NCBI RefSeq assembly: GCF_964204645.1
Contig: NC_134026.1
Coordinates: 13,266,050-13,330,049 of the forward strand
Length of the DNA stretch: 64,000 nt
Direction of reading: 5' to 3'
Source of the DNA: Tubulanus polymorphus
Taxonomy: Eukaryota; Animalia; Nemertea
The translations under genes were made by a program, and so were the position numbers. A model generated the notes under the pieces. That model did not search any database. It was not told the DNA's origin and saw only the letters and a list, made by a program, of their open reading frames with translations. Of this stretch, positions 31,820-43,646 are shown one piece after another; position 1 is the stretch's first letter; every line of letters begins with the position of its first letter.

Positions 31820-33495
31820 CTCCTGTTGATGAAAATATCCTAATATCTCTTCATCTTTTAAATCTTCTAATTTACATACAAAAGGTTTAGTAAATATTAT
31901 CTTTTTTAATGCGAAAATCTCTTGATAAATTTTGAATATAATCTTTATCGAATACCTTTCTTTATTTAGAAATTCTTACATGTGGTCCTGGTTTGAATAT
32001 ATGTTTACCAAAATCATGCGATACAAATGGTCCATATAGATTATTCCAAACTTGTTCTGAATTTTCTAATTTCCTAGCTTGTATGGGTTCATACCAGAAT
32101 ATTTAGAATAAGTCTAAGTTTTTACTAAATCATCTAATATATCTATATATTTATAAGTTTCATTTTTAGTAAAATATTTCCACATTCTAGACTTCAATGT
32201 TCTATTAAATCTTTTAACAATACTAGCTTTCTTATGTGAGTGCGTAGAAAAAAACATTGTACATCGTTATCAGATAACAATTTTTCAAAATGATTGTTAT
32301 AGAATTCTTTACCTTCATCAAATTGTTTTATCTGGAACAGCTTCTTTATATATAAACTTAAAAGCATTAGTTATTTCTATGCCAGATTTATTTCTAATTG
32401 GGATACCCCTTAAATATCTACTCAATATATCAATTAAATTTAATATCCAAAAATTTCCTGTTATATTCTTCTAAATTCTTCATTTCAATTAAATCTGCTT
32501 GCCATTGTTGATCTATACACGATACCATAACTTTTCCAGTTAGGTAATTCTTATTTATTTTCTGATGAATTTGATATGTAGGCTGTTCTTGTAACCATAA
32601 TTTCAAATCATTTTATTCCATATTTCCTTTATCAGATTTTATTTTTTGCCATAATGATATGATATTAGAATATGATATTTCACTTTCAGGATTATAACAT
32701 ATATTCCTCATATATTGTTCTGAAGCCATTTATAGATTTAAACAGAATGAGTATTTTTATATGAATAGATTAATAATAATGTAGAACCATTTCTTATGAA
32801 ATTATCAATATTAATATCATTTTTGGAAATATTCTTTTTATCATCATGATTATCATCATTATCGTTAAATTTGAATTTATATTTATATATTACACCAGAG
32901 AATATAATTACTGTGATTAATCCCAATTGTAATGTATTGTACTTATTACTTCCAGTATTAGAAGAATTAGATAAATTATTATTCGAATTAATATCAGTTA
33001 ATTTCTGTGATTCATTTATATCAGATAATCTTTTTTCTTAGCTCTTTTCAAATCAGCACATCTTCTTACTAATTTCTTAGCCTACGCAATTCGTTTCTCA
33101 GATCTTGACTTTTTCTTAATATCTACTTTTATTGCAACACTGTTTTTTATCATACATCTATACTTAAATGCTTTCCATCAATCTATTATGTGAATAAATA
33201 TTTATACTTTTCATCACTCATTTAATTTTTGTTATCAAATCTAATATCTGATTCATTTTATATTTCGATATCTGATTCATTATCTATACCTTCGAAAGAT
33301 TCGATATTTGAAAATGTTATGACACTAGTAGAAATTAATGTCATAACTGATCCTAATTGGAATGAAGCATATCCAACCCATTCTTGTAATTCATAACAAA
33401 ATACTCATTACTTAAATCAGTATATAATTCATCTTCATCATTAATTGGTATTAACCGGTTACATAACTTGGAATAACATTTGACAATACCATCAA
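31820..33495 (-). pseudogene. Decayed integrase, 127-aa and 203-aa genes (copy C)
   Basis: Collinear with ~10970-12580 (e.g. DQQWQADLI, FDEGKEFYN). Confidence 0.85.
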
Positions 33496-34409
33496 AAATA
33501 GAACCATTTATCAGGCCAGCCATACAAATGGAGCGAATTTAAATGACATGGTTTCCAGAGTAAAGGCTCTTTGAGTGTGTAACTGAGCATATATTCATAC
33601 AAATCATTCATTAGAGCAATATCCATTCTCCAACCCCTATGAAGCAGAACTTTGAAAAAGGTACTCGTTAAAATTTTTATCTTTTTCGCGACAATCTGAT
33701 CGCAAAAATATCTGTTTTGAAAAGCCAATCAGAAAGCAAAGACTTCTCTGTGATTGGCTTAGCCGCAGAGATCAGCAGGTGTTCAGGTGAACCCGCGGTA
33801 TCGTCTACCGTTTTACTTCCGGGTTTTATTTTAAGATCTAAAATTGTATTTAAATATCGATTTCTGTGAAATCTTAAATTGATTTGGCTTTTGGGAGGAA
33901 TATTTTTATTTGAACTACAGAAAATATCATTGAGAATTGTGCAAAGTCCCGGAAAAATAGCTTTTTCTCAAATCGGATGGATGACCTTGATATTCTAATT
34001 AGCCATGAGCTCAAACTCCAAATTCAAGTTCAATCACATTTTATTCTGCAAAAAAATATCAAATGCAATTCAATTTTGTTTTATTCGGCAAATTTCAGAA
34101 AATTCAATTCCATTCCACATTCAAATCAATAAGACTAAGGGAAAAGATCTATCTTAAAAGGCATCTTCCAGCTGTTTGCCAGCTCCAGTCGCTGTCTGTG
34201 ACTGTGCTACTTATCAAAACACGATTGGATTGTGTAAATTATTAGCCCGGGATTGACTATAGCTGGTCTATAAGATGGGAGTGTAGGACAAATTTAACCC
34301 ACAGAATGCATCATTTGCCATTTTATGAAAAGCTGACAGGTTGGTCATAGTGCCCCTTGGGGCTCATGTTCTAGCTAATCTAGCTTCCTCATACAAAATT
34401 ACAGCTATA

Positions 34410-35215
34410 AGCAACTGTATGGATTTACATCTAAAATATATCTCTTATCATCATAATGATTTGAACATATCTTTTCAATTTCTTCAAAATACATTTAATG
34501 TTCCTCAGATCTCAGACATTTCATCTTATGCTTGCTTGTCTTTTCATTGGATATACAATTGATGTAATCTTGGAAATCAATATCCTTTTCAACAACACTC
34601 TTTGAAATACCTTTTAATTTTTCAGATTCATGCTCTTTAGTTCTGTAACTATACATTTTAGATCTAATTCCTATAGACTCTATCATTTCATCGAAACCTA
34701 ATTTATCTTGAATTTGCCTGGCACTTTTTTATTATCAGTATTATAAAAAGAATGATCTTTAGGATAATTACTAAAATCAAAATGTTGTTTAAATGTAGTT
34801 GAATCATTTCTAAGATTATGTAAGAATCAGTATCGATATATAATAGTTCTATATGCTTTTTTCTCCAAAATTCGGTTGTAATACATTATAGTAAAATTGA
34901 TACATTAATAATTTTGATATTTCTAAAACTGATGCTCCAACATAAATCGGTTTATTACATTTCATAAAAGTTCTCATTTTAACTGCAGCTAGATTTTCAT
35001 CAAATATTGTTACCCATAAATTTAGGATATGATTGTAAATGTCTAATTCTTTTACCATTACTAGCTAGCTCAGTATCATTTCTTTTCCTAATATTTTACA
35101 AGTCTTACCGGAGAACGCATTATTCATTAATTTAAAAATAAATCTTCCTCAAAATCAGTTTAAGATTTAGACTGATGTACTTCATAATTATATTTATATA
35201 ATTGATATGATTATA
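34410..35215 (-). pseudogene. C-terminal pPolB remnant (copy C)
   Basis: KLMNNAF, KPIYVGASVLE, YIDTDS and GIRSKMYSY; collinear with 2190-2990 but inverted. Confidence 0.85.
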
Positions 35216-35817
35216 CACTTTTATAATTAATATATATATATATATATAAATATAATTTTCTCTATATTTGATAATATTTGATATCATAAATCTAAATTAT
35301 TGTGCTAACACTTTAATCACTCTTTTATAATACCCCTCTGTCTTTCAGTATTTTTGTCTTTAGTTGTTTTAGAAGTTCTAGTACATAAGGAATATAGAAG
35401 TAGTTCAGAAATTTAAAAAAAATAATAATAATTTGTAAATATTGTATCTATAAATAACGGATTGTTTTCAATTCGAAATCTATATCATGACATCCTTTTT
35501 TATGCTTACCTTTATATACGAAATAGAAATCACCAGAACATAATTCTTCGATATCTTCACTAGATAATCTATGAAATCAATCTGGTAAAAACGTTCTTAA
35601 TTTATATCTATTTCCTTTTAATCATTCATATTTTTCATCCTTCTTTAATGTATCACTAATTTATTACCATGTCTAATAGTAATTGTTTCATTTTTTTGCA
35701 AATTTCAAATTTTTCTTATAAATCGTTAGATCCGTTAACTTTTCTAATTTATAATCTACTGATTTGGCACTGATTTGAGATTCATATATATGAGATGCAT
35801 ATATATGAAATCATTAT

Positions 35818-36058
35818 AGCAATAGGGAGTATACTTTTTCAAATTAAAGGCTGAGGGGAGGGAAAATAAAAAAATATGAACAATAATTCCAATTTTTGAT
35901 CTGAAACATTAAATAAAATGGGAGCGAAGCGAACAGCGGATCGACTAATCAATCTAATTTTCAATACGTTTCAGATTAGAAATGAGAGTTATTTTGCATG
36001 TTTTACTATTTTTCTCGATCCTCGACCTTTGATTTAAAAACGTATATTCCCTATTACT
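35818..36058. repeat. Right terminal fold-back palindrome of copy C (241 bp)
   Basis: AGCAATAGGGAGTATACTTTTTCAAATTAAAGG ... CCTTTGATTTAAAAACGTATATTCCCTATTACT; centre GGGAGCGAAGCGAACAGCGGATCGAC. Confidence 0.8.
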
Positions 36059-36229
36059 TCCATTCTATAAATAAGACATGGTGGCAGATGGGTAAATTAT
36101 GCCTACAGACTAAAATGTATCGTTTAACGAGATATTTTATTAAAACGATTCTCAACGATTGAGTATTTTTTTTTTCATTTTTACCACAGAACATCATAGC
36201 ATTATTAAAATGGTAGTTATAGTTCTTAC

Positions 36230-36409
36230 CTTGGCAGTAACCCCATCTATTGTATCGTGCATACATTTTGTGTGTTGCACACCATGTCTCTCCTTGGCGA
36301 GTGGAACTCGGAATACATTTACTGTTGTAACGTCCAAATGCTTTGAATGGAAATACACATGTTTTTCCGTCAATGGTCTTAGTTGTATTAGTCTTCTGAG
36401 GCGCTTGAT
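36230..36409 (-). CDS. Host gene exon encoding a fibronectin type II domain (2nd seen)
   Basis: ttaccag| ...KTIDGKTCVFPFKAFGRYNSKC...TWCATH...WGYCQ |gtaaga; 180 bp, phase 1-1. Confidence 0.82.
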
Positions 36410-36499
36410 CTGGTAATAAACCAACGTAAAACGACTCGAATAAGAGACATGAGCTATAAACAAAGCAAAGCGAATGCCATATTGACAAAATTTCCTCAC

Positions 36500-36673
36500 A
36501 CAGACAAAACGCCCAAACCGGATCTATATCGAAATTTGGAACTGTAGCACACCACAATTTATCGAATCCAGTCATTGTGCAGGAACCATACTTTTTACCA
36601 CCGTAAATGAACGGGAAATAGCAGAAACTTTTTGCTGGTGCCGTTCCGCCCCATGTTTTCCGATTGGCATCGC
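36500..36673 (-). CDS. Host gene exon encoding a fibronectin type II domain (1st seen)
   Basis: tttgtag| ...TWGGTAPAKSFCYFPFIYGGKKYGSCT...KLWCATVPNFDIDPVWAFC |gtgagg; 174 bp, phase 1-1. Confidence 0.85.
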
Positions 36674-38429
36674 CTACAAATGACCGTTTATTCTTTGTTA
36701 TCCTTTTGACAAATCATTTTTGTCAAATAGAAATAAAGTACACAGTGATAGGTTCCATACGTACTCTTCGGTATTGGATATCCAATTTTGTTATTTTTTT
36801 TAGTGGCTTCGCAGTAGCAAGAGAAATACTCTATTCCATTCACTTCACAAGTGAAATTCATTTTAGTCCGAGGTAGTACACATTCACCCCACGTCGCCAA
36901 GCAATCTAAAAAAAACATAACTATGGTCGCTAAATCGGAATGGTGCATTGAATATGGCGAAGTGACAAAATGCTATCCTTAGAGATTACAAAAGGCCTAG
37001 TCCTCCCAGAAAATACATCATTTCGGGTGTACTCTTAGAAAACGCCTAACACCGAATGGAAAAGCCCATTTGTGGCTGTTAGTATGGCTGTTTGATTCGA
37101 GGAATCATATTTCCTTTTCCTTTAGCCCATAGTCCTGAAATTCTTCCTTGTTATAGCCCTTTGTTACGATATATAGATTTAGATAAGATAGGTTCTTATC
37201 TTTAGGATACTTTGTAAATACATAGGATCATAATATTAGGTATAGTCATAGGGGTTCTTGGTGAGGCTTTAAGGTTCTTCAGCAATATGGAATGCTGATT
37301 GGGGTTATTCGAGACATTAGGGTTTTTGACGACAAGAACCCTTAAGTGGTTAAAATTGTCAAATATAGCTGCATAGCAGTGATAACGGGTTTCTGCCTAA
37401 TTGGTTCATATGTCGAACTGAGAAGCGTACGAAGATTTCTTCGAAAAAATTCTAGCCCATAACATGACTATTGCCAAGAAGCGCAACCTGGGTCAACATA
37501 ATGCTGGATATGTGGATATTAGGAGTCCATTTGTGAAAGCATCGAAGCAATACAGTCCAACTTGTTAATGCATCAGATGGAGCGCGCGGGGCAGGGTGGT
37601 CATTATATTGCTGACTTATCCAAATTACATTGACACAGCGCAACGTTTTTCAGTGTGTAAACTCCGTCGTACTCGGCATTATAGGAAGGTGAGGAATTGA
37701 ATTTTAGACACCTGGGCCCTTGGCTTGATTCGAGCAAAAGACCTTAAATGACTTCACAGGATCTGATTATGAGTCAAGGATTTTCTATATTTTTGAAGAA
37801 TGCTTTCTCTGGTTTTGAGATCAATTAAAATTCACTCCTGAATACATTAGTAAAAAATTAGTCAAATAGATTCTTATTTTATTGAAAGAAATTCTACTGA
37901 ACACAGATTTTGAAATGAATTATGTGTCGATTGATCCAGATGAAATAATAACAGCTAAATCAACTGACGATCAACAAGGTGGAGTTTTCATTTATCTTCG
38001 GATAATTCGTCTACCCCTGATGATACAAGCATTTTGGCGACATCTTTTGAAACCTCAACGCTTTATCTGCGCGTCAATTAGTCAGCCACAGTCGATTTTC
38101 ATGCCATCTGACCTCTTTCCACCTGTAATTAAGTAATCTAATGTAAGAATTACTCAATTATGTAATAACATAATAGAGGAGTGAAAGAAAGTATAATAGA
38201 TATTCAAATCGTGCGTTTGTCGTGAAACATCTATTACTACTGTCTCGCAGAGCATAGACACCGACCGTTAAGCCATGTGGAATTGGTATTTTAAGGGCTT
38301 TATCTCGCTGCGTGGCGTGGCAATTTCAGCGGAAGTAGCCACTTCGTTTTCGGACACCGGTCATAGCGGACGTTTCTTTTTGGTCTTGTCTATACTCGTG
38401 TTGGTGAGTATAAGTTTCTTTTGTATAGG

Positions 38430-38770
38430 AAGACTGTGCATGTAGGTTTTAGTCCTTTAGACTAGCCTGCGGTAGTACAGCCATAGCTATTGCAAGGGCT
38501 ATGCGTTGGAAGACCGTGTTTGGGACACGGCCATAAGTCTGGGACTTATGCGGAAAGCCTGTGCTTGTAGGCCTTTGTCCTTATGACGGGCCTACGGGAG
38601 TACAGCCATGGCTATTGCAAGGGCTATGCGTTGTAAGACCGTGTACGGGATAAGTTTGGGACTTATGCGTAAGACTATGATGTAGGCTTTAGTCCATAAG
38701 ACGGGCTTACGGGAATACAGCCATGGCTATTTCAGGAGCTATGAGGAAGGCCGTATCTGGGATGCAGCCA
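38430..38770. repeat. Three ~120-bp tandem repeats in the 5' part of the DIRS element
   Basis: Repeated TGTAGG...TACAGCCATRGCTATT...GCTATG blocks, the first two ending GGGACTTATGCG. Confidence 0.7.
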
Positions 38771-39095
38771 AGTCGTTTTACAGCATTTGTATGCGGGTAA
38801 GACATGAGCGGGTACTATTTTGTTATATGGCTGGCTTATATTTAGACTGTACTGGTACTTTGTGGTACACTTGCAGGGTCGGTTTTAATCGTTGGTAGCA
38901 TACATACATGTTTCGCCATGCATGATTTTCCGTGTTGAATGTCCTCGTAAATTTAATGGTGTATTTTCGGCCACCGGTCAGATTTTGTTTGTATTTGTGG
39001 CCATGTATACTGGTATCTCTATCGTTCTCCGCTTCGGTGAACATTTGTTGGGACAGATTGTGGGCAATAATGGTAAATAAGTTTTCTGCCGCGCA

Positions 39096-40868
39096 TTGAA
39101 GTATGGTTCTCTTTGTAGGGAAAACGTCTCAGGATCTCATGCACGTTCTTGGCTGGGAGGACGAGCCTGCCCGGCTTACGACGTTGGCGATCAATCTCAT
39201 TGTTCACCATTCCTTGTTATGCTACTCACGGTTGAGCCCAGTAAACCCCGCCTGTGCCACGATGAGCGGTTCCTTAACCTCTGGACTAAAGACTCGCCGT
39301 TTAGCCTTGAAACTATCAATATGGTTCCTCGCATATGCGATCACGCGTATTACATGACAACGATCGATGACAAGAGTGGATACGATCACGTCCGGGTATC
39401 GGACGAAAGCGAGGCCTATTTAGGCTTTGAATGGGACGGTTACTACCACGCCTACCGTGTTATTCCGTTCGGCTGGAAGGGCTCGGCATATGTATATCAA
39501 ACCGTTGGCTTAGTGGCGACGGGGTACGCAGGTTCCCTCGGGTTAACGGTCCTACAGTACATAGACGACCGCTTCATAGGTGAATTTAACTGCCGGCTAT
39601 ATCTGGCTACGAAAGGTACGCGCTTGCGGGATATATTGTCTGCCAGATTCTCATCCGTTTGGGTTGGTTCATAAACAAAGAAAAGTCTGTCTTCGAGCCC
39701 GGCAATTGGGCAGTTTGGTTGGGCATGATAGTAGATTCCATGGAATCTTGTTTTCGTTTGCCGGAGGTAAAAAAGAGAAAATTTGCTGTGCTGAGGGAAT
39801 TTATTCTCTCTTCCACTGAGGTGAACATAAAAACGATGCAAAGGTTCACGGGGAAACTCATTTCCTTCTCTCTGGCAATACCCGCCACAATACCCGGTTG
39901 TTTTCTAGAGAGGCAAACCGCGCAATCTCTAGAGCAACAAAAAACTCGAGACCAATTCCAATCGCGGGGCCCCTCAGAGATGAGGTAATATATTGGCGTT
40001 TCCTAGACGATTGGCACGGACAAATGAAGTGGAGAGGAGAGTGTCATAAGGCCGTCACCCTTCAATCAGACTCTTCAGGGTACAGATGGGGTGGTTTCAT
40101 GGAGTCGGAATGGGAGAAGATGGAAATCGGGGACTACTGTAATTCGGCCGATATAGGTAAATGCATAACGACAAAAGAAACTCTGGCTTTAGCGCATGTG
40201 TTGCAGTCGTTTTCAATAACTTTTTCCGATAGTCGCGTCGATGCATTCGTCGATAATACAACCTTGATGCACGTATGGGAGGGCCAGGGTTCAAAGTCAA
40301 AATAACTTAATGACGCAGTCAAGACTCTCTTCTCCGTGGTATCGAACCTCAATATATATTTGAAGCTGCACCACGTATCTTCCACGACAACCTAGCAGAC
40401 GCCCCGTCCCGCTCCCTTTCAAAGAGGGATGCATCTCTTACGCCACACAGTTGCGACTGGATTCAACGATGGTTCGGAGGCCCAACGGGACACACGGTAG
40501 ACTTAATGGCCCTCGACTCTAACGCGATGTCAGGTTTGAAGGGTGGTACACTTCCACATTACACACCGTGGTCGACTCCAAACTCGTCGGGGGTGGACAT
40601 GTTCGCTCAAACGCTTGTAGCGGGGGAAAATTACTACGTTTTCCCTCCTTTCTCACGGGTGGCCGCGGTTATTAGATACCTCATGACACAAAAAGTTCCC
40701 GTGTCTGTAGTCGTGCCCGGCTGGACCCATGTCCCTTATTGGTGGCCTTTGCTGTGTGGCCTCACATCAGATATTAGGTTATTAGGGAGGAAGGGTGACA
40801 AAGAAATTCTTATGTACCCAGGGAGAGAGGGTTTCCACCCAGATAAAAAAGGGCTGCCATTTGATTAA
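39096..40868 (+). pseudogene. DIRS pol: reverse transcriptase, RNase H and adenine methyltransferase-like domain, frameshifted
   Basis: RT: DDKSGYDH, IPFGW, YIDD, WLG. RNase H: SDSSGYRWGG, KETLA, FVDN, NLADAPSR. MT-like: MALDSN, DMFAQ, YVFPPF. Confidence 0.85.
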
Positions 40869-41754
40869 TACGTCGCGAGGCTACTGTGGTGATATACACC
40901 ATATTGATGCATTTACCCCATCATGTTAAGTTATAGTATGATAATAAACGTATGTCATACATGCAACTTTGTGTTAGTAATATTTTGGTTATTTTGGATT
41001 CAGTTCAGCGAAACACGCAATTTAATAGATGATCGAATGACCAAGCAAGACGGGCTCATGTTCTCTTCAAAGTATGGGAAGCAAAAAACCGGTCTAGCAA
41101 ACGAGTTGGCGTCCTTTCTCCAACTGGAAGATCCAAGGAAAACCCTGTTTAGTGCAACACCCCGTGATATATGCGGTCTTCTAATTCTCACGGACCGTGG
41201 CGGTAAAACAATTGTCGACGACATTTTCTGCCCATTCCGGGGCACCAAGGATAAGAAGCCACTTTGCTCGTGCCCCCCGAGGCTAGCCGCGGGCACTGTT
41301 GATCCATACATCGGGAAGTTGAAAGCGTTCTTTAATGAATTGGGGCGGGTTGGACAGTGGCAACCTTTCACTGGAATCGGAAACCCTGCTTCATCAGTCC
41401 AGATAAACAGGTACCTAGGAGCTATAAAAATGGAGCAATCGCGTGCTGCTATCGTGCCCGCCCAGGCCTCGCCCATGCTACCGGGGAAATTCAGGAGGTT
41501 AATCGTCCATCTAAATGAACAGTTCTACATGTCGAATTCCTCCTCACAACAGTTTGTCTGTTTACGAGATATAGCCTTCTTTAAGTGCCTTATTTGGGCC
41601 GGCCAACGAGGCTCTGATTTCAGCAACGTGATGTTTAACGACGTCCTAATAAACAGGGAGGGTACTGAAGTGATTATCAACCTAACCTTTGGGAAAACTC
41701 TTAGAGGCTCGGTCAAACCAGTGGTGTTGCAGAGGTTAGAAGACCCTATTCTGT

Positions 41755-43646
41755 GGTTATTCGAATACAGCGGAAACTCAAACACTGGAAACTTGAACAC
41801 CGGACACCGTTTCTCAAGAATCAGCGGATACCAATTCAATTCGATTCATTATATTGGCACAGTGTATTTCTATTACAGCCGCAATAAACAATTTTGGACG
41901 TGCAACACAACATGACTTCAAATCAAGACAAGTTAGACATATTTTTGAATTCATAGATTGCACGCACTTAGGGTACTCAAAACTTTCATCACTTTCATGA
42001 GATCGCACTCACTTACAAAAGTGCAGTTCGCCCATTACATTCGTTTGTGCATTTACGATAGAATGAATTTGTTGAACAATATTGATGAAACTAGGGGTCC
42101 AGGGACACCATGCCCACTTGGGAAGTGGTTCCAAATGCTCAACAATCTAACAATTTCAATATTCAACGCCCCTGGTGACCATATACAAAAACCAATGACC
42201 TTGCAACTCACCACAATCATAGAACATGTCAGCAGCTACGATTTTGTAATTGATTGTGATAACAAAATATGGCTCGTTACCAATTAAATATGGAAATACT
42301 AAATTATTCTATTATTCAACGCCCCCTGGTTACCATATTCGAAACCAGATGACCTTGAAACTCACCATAATCAAAGAACATGTCAGGAACTATAACTTTG
42401 TAATTGATCATGGTAACAAAATATGCCTAGGTACCAATATAATAAGGAAATACTAAGTTATTCTACTATTCAACGCCCCCTGGTGACCATATAGAATAAC
42501 TAATGGCCTTAAAACTTGCCACAATCATAGATGATCTCATGAGCTACAACTTTGCAATTTATTGTGGTTACAAAATATGCATTGATAGGAATATAATATA
42601 GAAATACTAATATATTGTATTATTCAACGCCCCCTGGTGGCCATATACAAAAACCAATGACCTTGAAACTCACCACGATCATAGAACACTTTATGAGCTA
42701 CAAGTTTCTAATTGATTGTGGTGACAAAATACGCTTAGGTATCAATATAATGTGGAAAAAATTTTTCCCACCTACGAATGAGAACTGATGACACCGAGAT
42801 GGCCGCCAATTGCGTCATAATTGTCAGATGAAAAATACCTGTCTCAGGTATAAAACATCCCTTTTCAAAGAATACCCATCACAAATTGCAATGAAAAATG
42901 ACAAACCAGTAGGGAGCTACAGGATTCAGAATTCGGGCCAAAATTGACATTTTTGGGCACTAAAAAAGGTCATAGGACGGTGATCTTTAGTCCGATAGAC
43001 CCAATATTTGTTATGCTGATGGGCCCTGGGGGGATTCACATTCATCCAAAAGGTCAGGGTAATTGATCAAAGCGTCTTCAAAACTTCCCTCAAAAAGTTC
43101 AAAAATGTAAAAAGTGTTGATTTTGGCGAACAACAATGGCTGCCAGTCGGCCATCTTGATCTGACAGGACCAGTTTTTGGGCTGAAGATGTGTCTAGGGT
43201 AGATACATGTGTAACCCAAATATCAAGACATTACATTGAAGCGTCTTCAAAACTTCCCAAAATAACTGGATTCCGTCTACGGACGGACGACGGTCGAAAA
43301 GTGAACGCAATAGCCCGCTGGGACTAAAGTCCCAAGTGGGCTAAAAATGAGTTGTTTTTGAGAAGTTACGATAAAATAAACAAATTTTCATACAAAAAGA
43401 TTGAGTTGGTTACGTTTGATGGTGATTTTTATTTGGTGGTGGTTCTTGTTGAGTGAAGAAAGACGTTTCCCTGTGTAGACTAAAACGGCACTTTAAAATA
43501 ATTAAACTTGTCCTAGGAAAAACATTTGATGTCTAAATACTCCCAGGAAAAATATGCCAATGTACGGCCGTATCTGCACGTTGTTGAGAAAAGGTGTCAG
43601 GTGTTTAAGTTTCTAGTGTTTGAAGTTCCGCTATATTCGAATTGCC
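41755..43646. mobile_element. Mutator-like MITE (9-bp TSD)
   Basis: ~60-bp TIRs GGTTATTCGAATACAGCGGAAACTCAAACAC... / ...GTGTTTGAAGTTCCGCTATATTCGAATTGCC; flanks CTATTCTGT / CCATTCTGT. Confidence 0.78.
42088..43347 (-). mobile_element. HINE family 2, copy 2
   Basis: Inverted homologue of 17960-19389 with four ~154-bp repeats. Confidence 0.82.

Larger units (their letters stand above)
27909..36058. mobile_element. Decayed Polinton copy C with both termini and a 6-bp TSD
   Basis: Left AGTAAAAGTGAATATACGTTTTTCAAATCAAAGGTCGA is the inverted match of right TCGACCTTTGATTTAAAAACGTATATTCCCTATTACT; flanks TCCATA / TCCATT; interior holds remnants of copy A genes. Confidence 0.85.

Noticed and set aside
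31214-34400. Non-Polinton insertions at ~31214-31790 and ~33495-34400 within copy C
   Set aside because: Probably transposon fragments, but paired termini or TSDs could not be defined.
36054-36575. 173-aa single ORF
   Set aside because: Read-through of two FN2 exons and introns; annotated as exons instead.
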